A stretch of 64,000 nucleotides of DNA from Candidatus Minusculum obligatum (GTDB lineage: Bacteria > Patescibacteriota > Minisyncoccia > Phycocordibacterales > Phycocordibacteraceae), in the NCBI GenBank assembly GCA_002331145.1, contig DCYT01000002.1, positions 23,337 through 87,336 on the forward strand, in the 5' to 3' direction. The notes under the pieces are model-generated. The model saw only the letters and a list, made by a program, of their open reading frames with translations. It was not told the origin of the DNA and did no database searches. Positions 48,370 through 57,155 of this stretch are shown here, piece after piece. The first letter of the stretch is position 1. Each line of letters opens with the position of its first letter. Position numbers and translations under genes: made by a program.

Positions 48370-49146
48370 TCAATAGAGTTTTGCCCAAAAGGGGATAGAG
48401 AAGAGTCTTCTATACAATCCAATTTTTGTTCGGTGAATAGAGAGAGCAAACGCCTTTGTTCCAAAAGTGCTTCCAAGACGCATGGCAAGGGTCCTCATGT
48501 ATGTTCCAGAGCCAACTACTGCTCGTATTTTGAGTACTTGGAAGCCTCTATGTGTATTAGGAAGGAGATTTTTCCATTCTTCACGTATTTCATCTTGCCT
48601 GAAATCTGCACCAAGAGCTTTTTCTGGAAGAGTTGAACGGGGGATAGAAGAGAGTCTATCTTGTATATAGTTTATAAGGTATGCAGATGAGATAAATCGC
48701 GTATCCATAAGTTCTAGGTGATAAACAGTTTCCTCATGTGTTGGAATTTCAATAGTGTCGAGTGTCTTTTCAAGTGCGTATACAAAAAGAGGTTTTCCAT
48801 TAACTGGTTTTGATGAAAAGTGCGGATATTCACGAACGTGAGTACCAAGCTCAGACCTCAGTGCTCTTTGAATAATATTATTTGAAAGCCGTGTTTCTTG
48901 TAGGGCTTCTTTGGGAAGGCCAAGCATGTCTCCTGTATCAGTTTCAATATCAAGAAGCACTTCGATAATGTACTCCTTATCAAGTCCTAAATATTTTTCC
49001 CTTCGCTTTGTTTCTTCTCCTGTTAGCACAAGAAGTTTTCCGCTTGCCATAGGGTCAAGACGTCCAGCATAGGTCGCTTTTTCTTTTGTAGACCGCCTGA
49101 TTGCTTCAAGTGGAGTTTCTCCAACTTTCTTATTAATAACTTTCAT
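48370..49146 (-). CDS. truB: tRNA pseudouridine(55) synthase-like protein
   Basis: YAGRLDPMASG, KEY and GTYMR.LA motifs; start at ATG 49146 couples to the upstream stop (ATGA). Confidence 0.8.
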   Translation of the reverse strand: MKVINKKVGETPLEAIRRSTKEKATYAGRLDPMASGKLLVLTGEETKRREKYLGLDKEYIIEVLLDIETDTGDMLGLPKEALQETRLSNNIIQRALRSELGTHVREYPHFSSKPVNGKPLFVYALEKTLDTIEIPTHEETVYHLELMDTRFISSAYLINYIQDRLSSIPRSTLPEKALGADFRQDEIREEWKNLLPNTHRGFQVLKIRAVVGSGTYMRTLAMRLGSTFGTKAFALSIHRTKIGLYRRLFSIPFWAKLY

Positions 49147-49646
49147 AATTTTCTTGCATCGTATGCCCAATGAATGAGTGATTGGCGTTGTTTTGGTCTG
49201 CAAGAATAATCTTTTCTTCTGCAATTTTTAACAACTTGTGCAGCATGTCGCTTGTACGCTTCCCATCGCTTAATTTGTCGCTCATCATCTTCATGCCGTC
49301 GTCCCATATAGTATCTGCAATACCATTGGAACCATCCTCGAGGATCATCTTTATGTATCCAGCCTTTTTCTCTCCAAACAGAAAGAGGTTGTGATGCATT
49401 AAGCCCAAAGTAATTTAAATCTTTGTACCGTTTTTTATCCGGAGAGAGTTTTGCTTTTGTAAACCAGCTCTTTGGGAATTCTTTTCCACCATCTGTCATA
49501 TATAGTCCTCCAAAAGAACCAAGCTCCAACATTTCTTTTGGAGTAAGGTTTGGCTTAAAGTCTTTGTGAAAATTTTTCCCCTCGGGTTCTGTGAGGTAGT
49601 ACGTATAGTTTTGAAACATGTCACGCACAACAATCTTTTTTCTCAT
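49143..49646 (-). CDS. Conserved hypothetical protein
   Basis: F.PNLTP.EM..LG.FGG.Y, DPRGWFQWYCRYY.GRR and RQ.L.HW motifs. Confidence 0.85.
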   Translation of the reverse strand: MRKKIVVRDMFQNYTYYLTEPEGKNFHKDFKPNLTPKEMLELGSFGGLYMTDGGKEFPKSWFTKAKLSPDKKRYKDLNYFGLNASQPLSVWREKGWIHKDDPRGWFQWYCRYYMGRRHEDDERQIKRWEAYKRHAAQVVKNCRRKDYSCRPKQRQSLIHWAYDARKL

Positions 49647-49687
49647 GCTTCTTAGTATACAAAAAATGGGCTAATAGCCCATTTGTT

Positions 49688-49879
49688 TTACTTACGCCCC
49701 ATTTGCCACCCGTTGAAAGCCATTACTGCGGCCACAACTCCGATAACAAGACTTGCCCACAGAGGGAGGTCATATGTTCCGATTGTTAGATCCCAAGATC
49801 GAAAGAATCGAAGAAGGTGTAGTGCACCACCGATTCCAAAAAGAATGGCAGCAAGATTAAAGAAATCTTTTCTTTTCAT
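49688..49879 (-). CDS. Small membrane protein
   Basis: TM-HLLR...W...IG....P.W-TM pattern. Confidence 0.7.
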   Translation of the reverse strand: MKRKDFFNLAAILFGIGGALHLLRFFRSWDLTIGTYDLPLWASLVIGVVAAVMAFNGWQMGRK

Positions 49880-49981
49880 GTGAATTTTTATTACTTATAA
49901 ACTTTCTACGTATACTGAGTGTAGCAATAAAGTGTAGGTATTTCTGTAAATTACGTAGTTTTTGTTGATATACTTTTTTAT

Positions 49982-50389
49982 ATGACATTCATTCAAATAA
50001 TATATTTATATTTTCTTACCATTCCAGTCTTCTTTATTATTGATTTGTTATGGATTGGAGTGATTGCAAAAGATTTTTATCGTAATCAAATAGGATTTCT
50101 TTTAGGCCCAGTCAATTGGGTGGCAGCAATTGTTTTCTACCTTATTTTTATTGCTGGAATCTTAGTATTTGCAGTGCTGCCAGCGCTTGATGCAGGTTCC
50201 TTAATGAAAGCTGTTGTACTAGGTGCCTTCTTTGGTTTTGTTGCATATGCGACATATGATCTAACAAATCTTGCCTTAACAAAAAACTGGCCCCTCATGG
50301 TTACTGTCGTAGACATGATTTGGGGCGCAGTTATTGCAGGTTCAGTTGCAACAGCGAGTTATCTTATTGCAACAAAACTTTTCTCTTAA
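49982..50389 (+). CDS. DUF2177-family membrane protein
   Basis: D..WI, YATYDLTN.A...NWP and D..WG motifs. Confidence 0.88.
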   Translation: MTFIQIIYLYFLTIPVFFIIDLLWIGVIAKDFYRNQIGFLLGPVNWVAAIVFYLIFIAGILVFAVLPALDAGSLMKAVVLGAFFGFVAYATYDLTNLALTKNWPLMVTVVDMIWGAVIAGSVATASYLIATKLFS

Positions 50390-50544
50390 ATTCCTGGTGC
50401 AAAGAATTCTCCAAGGAAGAACGGCCAAAGAATGATTGCAAGAAGTCCTTTAAAGAAACTTAGCTGCAAGAACCCAATGGTAAATAGCCATGCAGCAAAC
50501 CAGAATCCTTCAAAGAAATAATGTGTAATTTTTATTTTTTGCAT
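50386..50544 (-). CDS. Small membrane protein
   Basis: WF..WLFTIGFL.L.F.KG.LA...WP..LG; ATG at 50544. Confidence 0.65.
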   Translation of the reverse strand: MQKIKITHYFFEGFWFAAWLFTIGFLQLSFFKGLLAIILWPFFLGEFFAPGI

Positions 50545-50552
50545 ATGTTTTA

Positions 50553-50741
50553 TTATACACTTTCTGCTTTCTCCCACTCCTCATTAAATTTTCCCATCCA
50601 CTCTTTTTTATTTTCTGGCGTTGCTCCCTCAATAATTTCTTTATGATCAGACATATAGTGTGGATGCATTGCATCCATCATATTCTCTGGTGTATCTGCG
50701 GTAAATTCTTTATCACAGTCTGGACATGTCATTTTTTTCAT
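50553..50741 (-). CDS. Small metal-binding protein (DUF1059-like)
   Basis: CxxC...H....H ligand pattern. Confidence 0.7.
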   Translation of the reverse strand: MKKMTCPDCDKEFTADTPENMMDAMHPHYMSDHKEIIEGATPENKKEWMGKFNEEWEKAESV

Positions 50742-50754
50742 ATGCGTTAATTAT

Positions 50755-50784
50755 AACAAAGCCCCGCATGTGCGGGGCTTTGTT
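50755..50784 (-). terminator. Hairpin terminator
   Basis: AACAAAGCCCCGCA-tg-TGCGGGGCTTTGTT. Confidence 0.75.
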
Positions 50785-51359
50785 TACAGTTTGATATCAA
50801 TTTCTGCTCCTTCTCGAAGTTTTTGGATAACTGTTCCAAGGAATTGTTGCATTTTTCCTTGTCCGAGTTCCATTTTTAGTTGCGTTTTTATCTCGTCAAA
50901 TTTAGGCGCTCCTTCCTTTGAAGCAAGATGCTCATCATATAGTTTTTGCGCTTCCTCATCAGTTGCTTCAAGATCCTGTCCCTCAAAGATTTCTTTGTAG
51001 TACTGATCGATAGTTCGTTGCCTTGTGATTGTGTCTTTAAGACCTTCTTTTGTAAGGCTCATTCCTTCAAGTTGCTTTGCAAATGTTTCCTCATCTGGGA
51101 ATTTTGCTGCAATAGCATCAAATTCTTTTTGTACATCTTCATCCTTTACGCTGTATCCTTTCTCTTTTGCTGCAGCAAAGATAAGTTCATCATTTACAAG
51201 CTGCTGTGCCACCATCTTTTCAAACTGAGCGTACTTATCAGCATCAGTTTTATCTGGTGTTGGAATGTTTGGATTGTGAGAGAGCTGTGCCAGCTGTGCA
51301 TCAAGCATCTCGCGTGTAATTTCTGTTCCGTTTACGGTTGCAATAGTCATAGTCTGCAC
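50784..51359 (-). CDS. SurA/PrsA N-terminal-domain chaperone
   Basis: ATVNG.EIT, L...ELI..AA...G..V and LRE.AEI motifs; no parvulin domain or signal peptide visible. Confidence 0.8.
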   Translation of the reverse strand: MQTMTIATVNGTEITREMLDAQLAQLSHNPNIPTPDKTDADKYAQFEKMVAQQLVNDELIFAAAKEKGYSVKDEDVQKEFDAIAAKFPDEETFAKQLEGMSLTKEGLKDTITRQRTIDQYYKEIFEGQDLEATDEEAQKLYDEHLASKEGAPKFDEIKTQLKMELGQGKMQQFLGTVIQKLREGAEIDIKL

Positions 51360-51397
51360 AGGCTATCACGTAAGAAGCGCATGGTAAAATGCCATCC

Positions 51398-53044
51398 ATG
51401 ACTCAAAGAGAAGCTCTCGATATCCTAAAGGCTGGCCGAAATGTATACCTTACTGGTCCTGCTGGAAGTGGAAAAACATACGTATTAAATCAATACACAA
51501 AATACCTAAAAGAGCGGGGAGTTGTAACTGCAATTACCGCATCTACTGGTATAGCAGCAACACATATAGGAGGCATGACGATACATTCATGGAGTGGTAT
51601 TGGCATCAAAGATACGCTCTCAGATTCTGACATCGATCTTCTTGTACAAAAGGAACATCTTTTTAAGCGGTACGAAAAAACAAAGGTTCTTATCATTGAT
51701 GAAGTTTCCATGATGCATCCTGAGATGTTTGATGCACTTGATCGACTGGCCAGAGCAATGAAAATGAATGAGAAGCCTTTTGGAGGAATGCAAATTGTAT
51801 TATCTGGTGACTTCTTTCAGCTTCCACCAATAACAAAAGGAGGAGGGAGTATCTATGTAGATAGTTCAAAGGCTTGGAAAAGTATGGATATTCGAGTGTG
51901 TTATCTAGAAGAACAGCACAGACAGCAAGGAGGATCACTGGAAAATATCTTGTCTGAAATACGTGATGGAGAAATTTCATACAGTACACAAGAGATATTC
52001 GAAGAACTTCTCGAGAATAAACAAAGATTAAATGGAGAGCCAACTCGCTTGTATACACACAATGCAGATGTAGACGCTATTAATGAAGCAGAGCTTGAGA
52101 AGCTCGAGGGAGAGCTCTTTTCATACGAAATGGATTCAAGAGGGAAGGCAAATCTTGTAACAAGTCTTTCAAAGAGTATTTTGGCACCTCAATACCTAAA
52201 TATTAAAAAGGACGCAATTGTGATGTTTGTAAAAAACTCTTTTGAAGAAGGGTATGTAAATGGAACTCTTGGAAGAGTTGTTGATTTTGAAGAGGGTAGT
52301 CCTGTTGTAGAAACATACGAGGGAAAGAAAATAACAGTATCTCCTGCAACATGGGAGATTCAAGATGATGGAAAAGTATTAGCTGCGGTAGATCAACTGC
52401 CTATTCGTCTTGCTTGGGCCATAACGGTACACAAAAGCCAGGGAATGAGCCTTGATGCAGTGGAGATGGATCTTTCAAAATCTTTTGTGCCAGGACAAGG
52501 ATATGTAGCACTTTCAAGACTTCGTGATATTGAAGGGCTCACGCTCCTTGGGCTTAATCGCATGGCACTTACTGTGGATCCGTATGTAATTGAACTAAAC
52601 AAATGGCTTTTAGATGAATCTGCAAAATGGTCCAAAAGAATTGCGAAGTTTAGTAAAGAAGAGTTTGTAAAAATGCATGAGGAGTTTGTAGATAGGTGTG
52701 GCGGAACAAATGATGAGAGGGAGATAGAAAAGAACAAGGCAGCAAAAGAATATGAGGGTATGCAGGAGGTAATTCCATCTCACCACAAAACTCTTGTATT
52801 GCTTGAAGAGAAGATGAGTCTCAAAGATATGGCAAAAGAGCGGAAAGTAACAAAAGCAACAATCATTTCTCATCTAGAGAAGTTAAAGAGTGAAGGTGTT
52901 GGAGACTATGAGTATCTAAAACCCAAAGGTCTTGCAGCAATGAAAAAGGTAATAAAAGAAGAGGAGAAATTATCTTCTGCGCACAAGAAGCTGAGAGGGA
53001 AATATACGTACGAAGATTTGAGACTTGCGAGGTTATTTGCCTAG
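51398..53044 (+). CDS. Pif1/RecD-like helicase with C-terminal HTH
   Basis: TGPAGSGKT, IDEVSM, GDFFQLPP, AWAITVHKSQG and YVALSR motifs. Confidence 0.92.
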   Translation: MTQREALDILKAGRNVYLTGPAGSGKTYVLNQYTKYLKERGVVTAITASTGIAATHIGGMTIHSWSGIGIKDTLSDSDIDLLVQKEHLFKRYEKTKVLIIDEVSMMHPEMFDALDRLARAMKMNEKPFGGMQIVLSGDFFQLPPITKGGGSIYVDSSKAWKSMDIRVCYLEEQHRQQGGSLENILSEIRDGEISYSTQEIFEELLENKQRLNGEPTRLYTHNADVDAINEAELEKLEGELFSYEMDSRGKANLVTSLSKSILAPQYLNIKKDAIVMFVKNSFEEGYVNGTLGRVVDFEEGSPVVETYEGKKITVSPATWEIQDDGKVLAAVDQLPIRLAWAITVHKSQGMSLDAVEMDLSKSFVPGQGYVALSRLRDIEGLTLLGLNRMALTVDPYVIELNKWLLDESAKWSKRIAKFSKEEFVKMHEEFVDRCGGTNDEREIEKNKAAKEYEGMQEVIPSHHKTLVLLEEKMSLKDMAKERKVTKATIISHLEKLKSEGVGDYEYLKPKGLAAMKKVIKEEEKLSSAHKKLRGKYTYEDLRLARLFA

Positions 53045-53060
53045 GTAGATGTTGCTATGA

Positions 53061-53086
53061 AAAATAGCCCGCAAAAGGGCTATTTT
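53061..53086 (+). terminator. Intrinsic terminator
   Basis: AAAATAGCCC-gcaaaa-GGGCTATTTT. Confidence 0.75.
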
Positions 53087-53120
53087 CTCTTGCTCCGTAT
53101 ATATGATGAAATCCGAATGT

Positions 53121-53447
53121 ATTTCAGACGGAGTCTGAAATGAACGGCGAGAGCCGGTGGTGGCCCGTACATACACCTCCGCGAGGTGATCTCCACATAC
53201 TTTCCGCACCGACACGACAAGCTAACGCTCGCCGTGCACAAATAGAATCCTTCTTTGCACTTTTATCCTTTCCTGCGCCCCCATTTTTTGGGAAAGAAGA
53301 AAAGAAGTTTCTATTTGCCTTCTGCTCCGCAGAAGGGGTGCTTGTACCTCCAGGTATGTGTTTACTTCCCCTAGAGAAGCAAAAGGCACTTTCCAGAGCC
53401 TCTAGCGAGGCTTCCAAACGCTTCAATTACACCAATTGAAGCGTTTG
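53121..53447. other. Structured GC-richer non-coding segment at the island boundary
   Basis: Several nested inverted repeats and no convincing protein. Confidence 0.45.
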
Positions 53448-53469
53448 AGGGGAAAGTGTGTAGATATTT

Positions 53470-53856
53470 CTAAGCAAGAGCATCAATGCTTTGTTTAAGT
53501 TGTTTTTCTACATCTTGAGCAACACCTTTAAGTATATCTGATTCAACCATACTCATTGCGGCAGAAGGAAGGATAGAAGAAACATATGTATTCTTGTTTT
53601 GTTCATACACAATCACATTACAAGGAAGAAGGAGTCCTATTTCTTTTTCTGCTGAAAGTGCTTTGTGCGCAAATGTAGGATTACATGCGCCAAGAATTGT
53701 GTAGCGATCATAATCAGCGCCAATTTTTTCTTTCATGGTTTTTTGTACATCAATAGTTGTAAGTACTCCAAAACCATTATCAGCGAGTGACTTTTTTACA
53801 GCACCAATTGCCTCATCAAAAGAAAGGGACGTCTTTACGGTGTGACTGTATTTCAT
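53470..53856 (-). CDS. DUF302-family protein
   Basis: GFGVLT.ID, ILGACNP and GLLLPCNV motifs. Confidence 0.9.
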   Translation of the reverse strand: MKYSHTVKTSLSFDEAIGAVKKSLADNGFGVLTTIDVQKTMKEKIGADYDRYTILGACNPTFAHKALSAEKEIGLLLPCNVIVYEQNKNTYVSSILPSAAMSMVESDILKGVAQDVEKQLKQSIDALA

Positions 53857-54092
53857 GCAAGTTTATTATATGTCACTGCAAACAGATAGAAGGCAATAAA
53901 TGACATAATTGCAGCTTCAATCATCCCTGTTAGTGTTCCAACAATAGTGGGGGAATAGAAGAGGTGCATTTCTTGCATTGCTGAAACTGCAATCGTATAA
54001 ATTCCCAGAGAGTTAAAGATAGTTAGAAGGAGCATGATAAGAGCAGAAACAATTCCTGCTGCATACCCAAGTGCTTTTGCATGTAATTTCAT
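53853..54092 (-). CDS. Small membrane protein
   Basis: Two TMs with MH.F and ...YN motifs; overlaps the DUF302 start. Confidence 0.75.
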   Translation of the reverse strand: MKLHAKALGYAAGIVSALIMLLLTIFNSLGIYTIAVSAMQEMHLFYSPTIVGTLTGMIEAAIMSFIAFYLFAVTYNKLA

Positions 54093-54137
54093 ATCAGAAA
54101 AGATTTACTTTAATAAAATAGGGGATAAAGAATTGAC

Positions 54138-54164
54138 GTATAATACCCCCTAGGGGTATTATAC
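54138..54164. promoter_or_regulatory. CsoR-type operator overlapping the promoter
   Basis: GTATAATACCCC-cta-GGGGTATTATAC (C/G tracts flanked by AT-rich arms) within TTGACG-18-TATTAT. Confidence 0.88.
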
Positions 54165-54170
54165 CTTCTA

Positions 54171-54443
54171 ATGAAGAAAGATATCAAGAAGAGAGTTGTG
54201 CACAGGTTGAAAATCATCGAGGGGCAAGTGAAAGGTTTGCAAAGAATGGCAGAAGAAGAAGAGTATTGTATTAGCATCATTACTCAAGTTTCAGCAATGA
54301 GGCAAGCACTTTCTTCTGTAGAAGACTTAATGCTTGAAAATCACTTACTTACACATGTGGTGAGTCAAATGAAGAGCAAGAAAGGTCAAACGAAAGCAGT
54401 GGAGGAAATGTTGTCCATTTATAAACTTTCAAAGAAAAAGTAG
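54171..54443 (+). CDS. CsoR/RcnR family metal-sensing repressor
   Basis: RL..IEGQ..GL.RM, YC....TQ..A...AL and ENHL.TH motifs. Confidence 0.93.
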   Translation: MKKDIKKRVVHRLKIIEGQVKGLQRMAEEEEYCISIITQVSAMRQALSSVEDLMLENHLLTHVVSQMKSKKGQTKAVEEMLSIYKLSKKK

Positions 54444-54447
54444 ATAT

Positions 54448-55275
54448 ATGAATGCAAAAATACTTGGAATTGGAGCTTTTGTCGCACTACTCATTGCTGG
54501 CTTTGTGTTGGTGCAAGGTGGTGTTCCAGAATCTAAAATGGTTGAAGAGCACAGTGATTCTCTAGAATCATACGAAATGAGTCCTTCACAAGCTGTTAGC
54601 CGAATGCAAAGCAAAGATGATGTTGTGGTTCTTGATGTTCGAACAATTCAAGAATATGAAGAAATTCACCTTCAAAATGCTCTCTTGCTCCCCGTGCAGG
54701 AACTTTCTCAAGCTTCACTTGATGCGATTGGTCTTTCTGACAAAGATCAGGAAATAATTCTCTATTGCAGGAGTGGTGCTCGGAGTAAGACGGCTTTCGA
54801 TATCATGAATTCTCTTGGGTATACAAATATAAAAAGCGTTGCAGGAGGGATGATTCATTGGCAAGAAGATAATTACCCACTTACAGAGGTAGGAAAATTC
54901 AATGAATCAAAGAATATTCAGGAAAGTGACGAAAACACAATGGGTCCAAAGATAAGTGTCGATCGTAAGCTACATGATTTTGGAGAGATTCCTCAATTTG
55001 CAGGTGTAGTACAGACTATGTTTACTGTTACAAATTTGGGGACAGAAACTCTTACTGTTGGCGATATTACAACTAGTTGTAGCTGTACATCAGCAACACT
55101 GTCTTCATATTCTATTGGGGTGGGAGAGAGCGCTGAACTTACCGTTCTCTTTGACCCTGATTTACACGAAGAGCCAGAGGGTGTGTTTACACGAACGGTA
55201 TTTATCCCAAGTAATGACGTGAATACTCCAGAGGCAGAAGTTGCAGTACAAGTCGATATATTAGAAGGAGTTTAA
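54448..55275 (+). CDS. Membrane-anchored rhodanese + DUF1573-like fusion
   Basis: LDVRT..EY...H, YCRSGARS; then HDFG.I...F...N.G...TSCSCT. Confidence 0.85.
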   Translation: MNAKILGIGAFVALLIAGFVLVQGGVPESKMVEEHSDSLESYEMSPSQAVSRMQSKDDVVVLDVRTIQEYEEIHLQNALLLPVQELSQASLDAIGLSDKDQEIILYCRSGARSKTAFDIMNSLGYTNIKSVAGGMIHWQEDNYPLTEVGKFNESKNIQESDENTMGPKISVDRKLHDFGEIPQFAGVVQTMFTVTNLGTETLTVGDITTSCSCTSATLSSYSIGVGESAELTVLFDPDLHEEPEGVFTRTVFIPSNDVNTPEAEVAVQVDILEGV

Positions 55276-55286
55276 AATTAGATAAT

Positions 55287-55757
55287 ATGAATAATTACAT
55301 CGTAGGAGCACTAGTTATTGCAGGAGCACTTATTGCAGGAGCAATATTCTTTGTGGGTGGAGGTCCTGTTACAGAAAAGGTTGTGGCATCGGAGATTACT
55401 CTTGAGGCAAACGAGTATGATTTTGGTGACATTGATATTTTTGGTGGAAAGGTAAAAGCAACTTTCCCACTTACAAATACTGGAAGTGCTGATGTGACAG
55501 TGCTGTCTGGAGTTACAAGTTGTATCTGTACAGAAGGAGAAATAGATTCACTTTCCTTTGGCATGCATGGAAGTGATGGCGAGACAGTAATACCGGCAGG
55601 AGAGACAAGGGAGTTGGTTGCAATATATGATCCATTAGCACATGGTCCTGATGGAGTTGGGAAAATAAAGCGACAGTTGCAACTAAAGACAAACTCTTCG
55701 GTAACTGAGTACATCGACGTAAGTTTTACAGGAAATGTAGTAAAGAATGCTGAGTAA
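55287..55757 (+). CDS. DUF1573-like protein with extra His motifs
   Basis: YDFG.I, TSCICT, GMHG and DPLAHG motifs. Confidence 0.82.
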   Translation: MNNYIVGALVIAGALIAGAIFFVGGGPVTEKVVASEITLEANEYDFGDIDIFGGKVKATFPLTNTGSADVTVLSGVTSCICTEGEIDSLSFGMHGSDGETVIPAGETRELVAIYDPLAHGPDGVGKIKRQLQLKTNSSVTEYIDVSFTGNVVKNAE

Positions 55758-55771
55758 TAAATAATATTCTC

Positions 55772-56725
55772 ATGGATAAAGTAAAAATAGCACTCGTAGG
55801 TATCGCATTCATTCTCTTGTCAATCATGCTTGTTGGAGGATTTAGTCTACTGACTTCTCCTACTATGGTTCCAGGATTTTCTCTGGCATTTTTGGCAGGG
55901 ATATCAATGATTGTGCTTCCGTGTACTTTTCCTCTTGTGTTTATCATTGTTCCTCTTGCGCTCTCAAAACAAAACGTGAAGAAAGGCATCATTATGGCAC
56001 TTCTTTTTGGTCTTGGTCTTACCGTTACATTTACGCTGTATGGTCTAGCACTCGGATGGCTGGGTGGTTTCGTTGGATTGTACAAAGTTGTCAGTGCAAT
56101 GCTTCTTATTGGAGGTATAGCAGCCCTCTTCTTTGGATTGGCAGAACTTGGTTTAGTGAACTTCTCTTTGCCATTTCGAAAAACTATTCTTCCACAGTCG
56201 CTCCAGCAAAAGAATGACTACATACGGAGCTTCTTTCTAGGCTTCTTCTTGGGAAACGCCGGAGTTGGTTGTCCAAATCCAGCCTTCTACATATTGTTTG
56301 GGTACGTTGCCACACTTGGAGATCCTATTACTGGGGCGTCTCTTGGAGCATTACATGGAATAGGAAGAATGGTTCCTCTTCTATTTCTAGTAGTTCTTGC
56401 AATTCTTGGAATAAATATGATGGAAAAGGTGAGTGCATATCAGGAAAGGGTAAAGCGTTGGGTTGCATGGTCGCTTGTTGTGCTTGGAGCATTCATACTT
56501 AACTATGGACTCTTTGGCATGGCATGGTTTGAAAAATCAGGTATTCATGAAGCATGGAATCAGTTCCTTCTTGCGGTAGTTCCAAAAATTGCAGAGTCAG
56601 CAGAGCTTGAGTCAGCTCTGCAGCTTCCGCAGGGTGTTGGTGGTATTATGCCCTGGATAGTTCTTGGTGCGGTTATAAGTGGGGTAATTGTATGGAGTGC
56701 GGTTAAGGCACGAAATAGTAAATAA
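55772..56725 (+). CDS. CcdA/DsbD-like transmembrane protein
   Basis: LPCTFP and GVGCPNP Cys-Pro pair in a multi-TM scaffold. Confidence 0.8.
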   Translation: MDKVKIALVGIAFILLSIMLVGGFSLLTSPTMVPGFSLAFLAGISMIVLPCTFPLVFIIVPLALSKQNVKKGIIMALLFGLGLTVTFTLYGLALGWLGGFVGLYKVVSAMLLIGGIAALFFGLAELGLVNFSLPFRKTILPQSLQQKNDYIRSFFLGFFLGNAGVGCPNPAFYILFGYVATLGDPITGASLGALHGIGRMVPLLFLVVLAILGINMMEKVSAYQERVKRWVAWSLVVLGAFILNYGLFGMAWFEKSGIHEAWNQFLLAVVPKIAESAELESALQLPQGVGGIMPWIVLGAVISGVIVWSAVKARNSK

Positions 56726-56727
56726 TT

Positions 56728-56880
56728 ATGACTAACTTTATACAAATAGCATATGCACATGGAGGAGAGGAAGTTGAAGCTGTAACAGCTCTTGATTTCT
56801 CAGGGCCACTTATTGCTCTGGGAATGATTGTTGCAGCAATTATTATTGCAAAAATTATTTCTAAGAAAAAAATAACATGA
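56728..56880 (+). CDS. Small membrane protein (50 aa; below the ORF-track cutoff)
   Basis: MTNFIQIAYAHGGEEVEAVTALDFSGPLIALGMIVAAIIIAKIISKKKIT; fills the gap exactly, with an ATGA overlap with the next gene. Confidence 0.75.
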   Translation: MTNFIQIAYAHGGEEVEAVTALDFSGPLIALGMIVAAIIIAKIISKKKIT

Positions 56881-57134
56881 TTAAAGTAACACTTGTCCGC
56901 CCAGAAGGATGTCATCATTGTAAGGAGGTTAAAAACACACTTGAGGGAATGAGAGATGAATTTCCTGATATTTCAATTGAAGAAATTGATATGGTTACAC
57001 CTGAAGGAAGGGAGCTTGTTCAAAAATATCAGATGCTATCAAGCCCAGGGATTTTAATTAATGATGAATTCTTTGCTTTTGGCGGCGCTACTGAGGAACA
57101 GTTTAGAAAAAAGTTTAACGAAATTAATGGCTAG
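56877..57134 (+). CDS. Glutaredoxin/thioredoxin-like protein
   Basis: CHHC motif and cis-Pro SSP.I.IN. Confidence 0.85.
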   Translation: MIKVTLVRPEGCHHCKEVKNTLEGMRDEFPDISIEEIDMVTPEGRELVQKYQMLSSPGILINDEFFAFGGATEEQFRKKFNEING

Positions 57135-57155
57135 GCCTGGTAAAGAATAAAGAAA

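Noticed and set aside
53124-53439. Overlapping ~100-aa ORFs on both strands
   Set aside because: Atypical composition and no recognisable motifs; the region is better explained as structured non-coding DNA.
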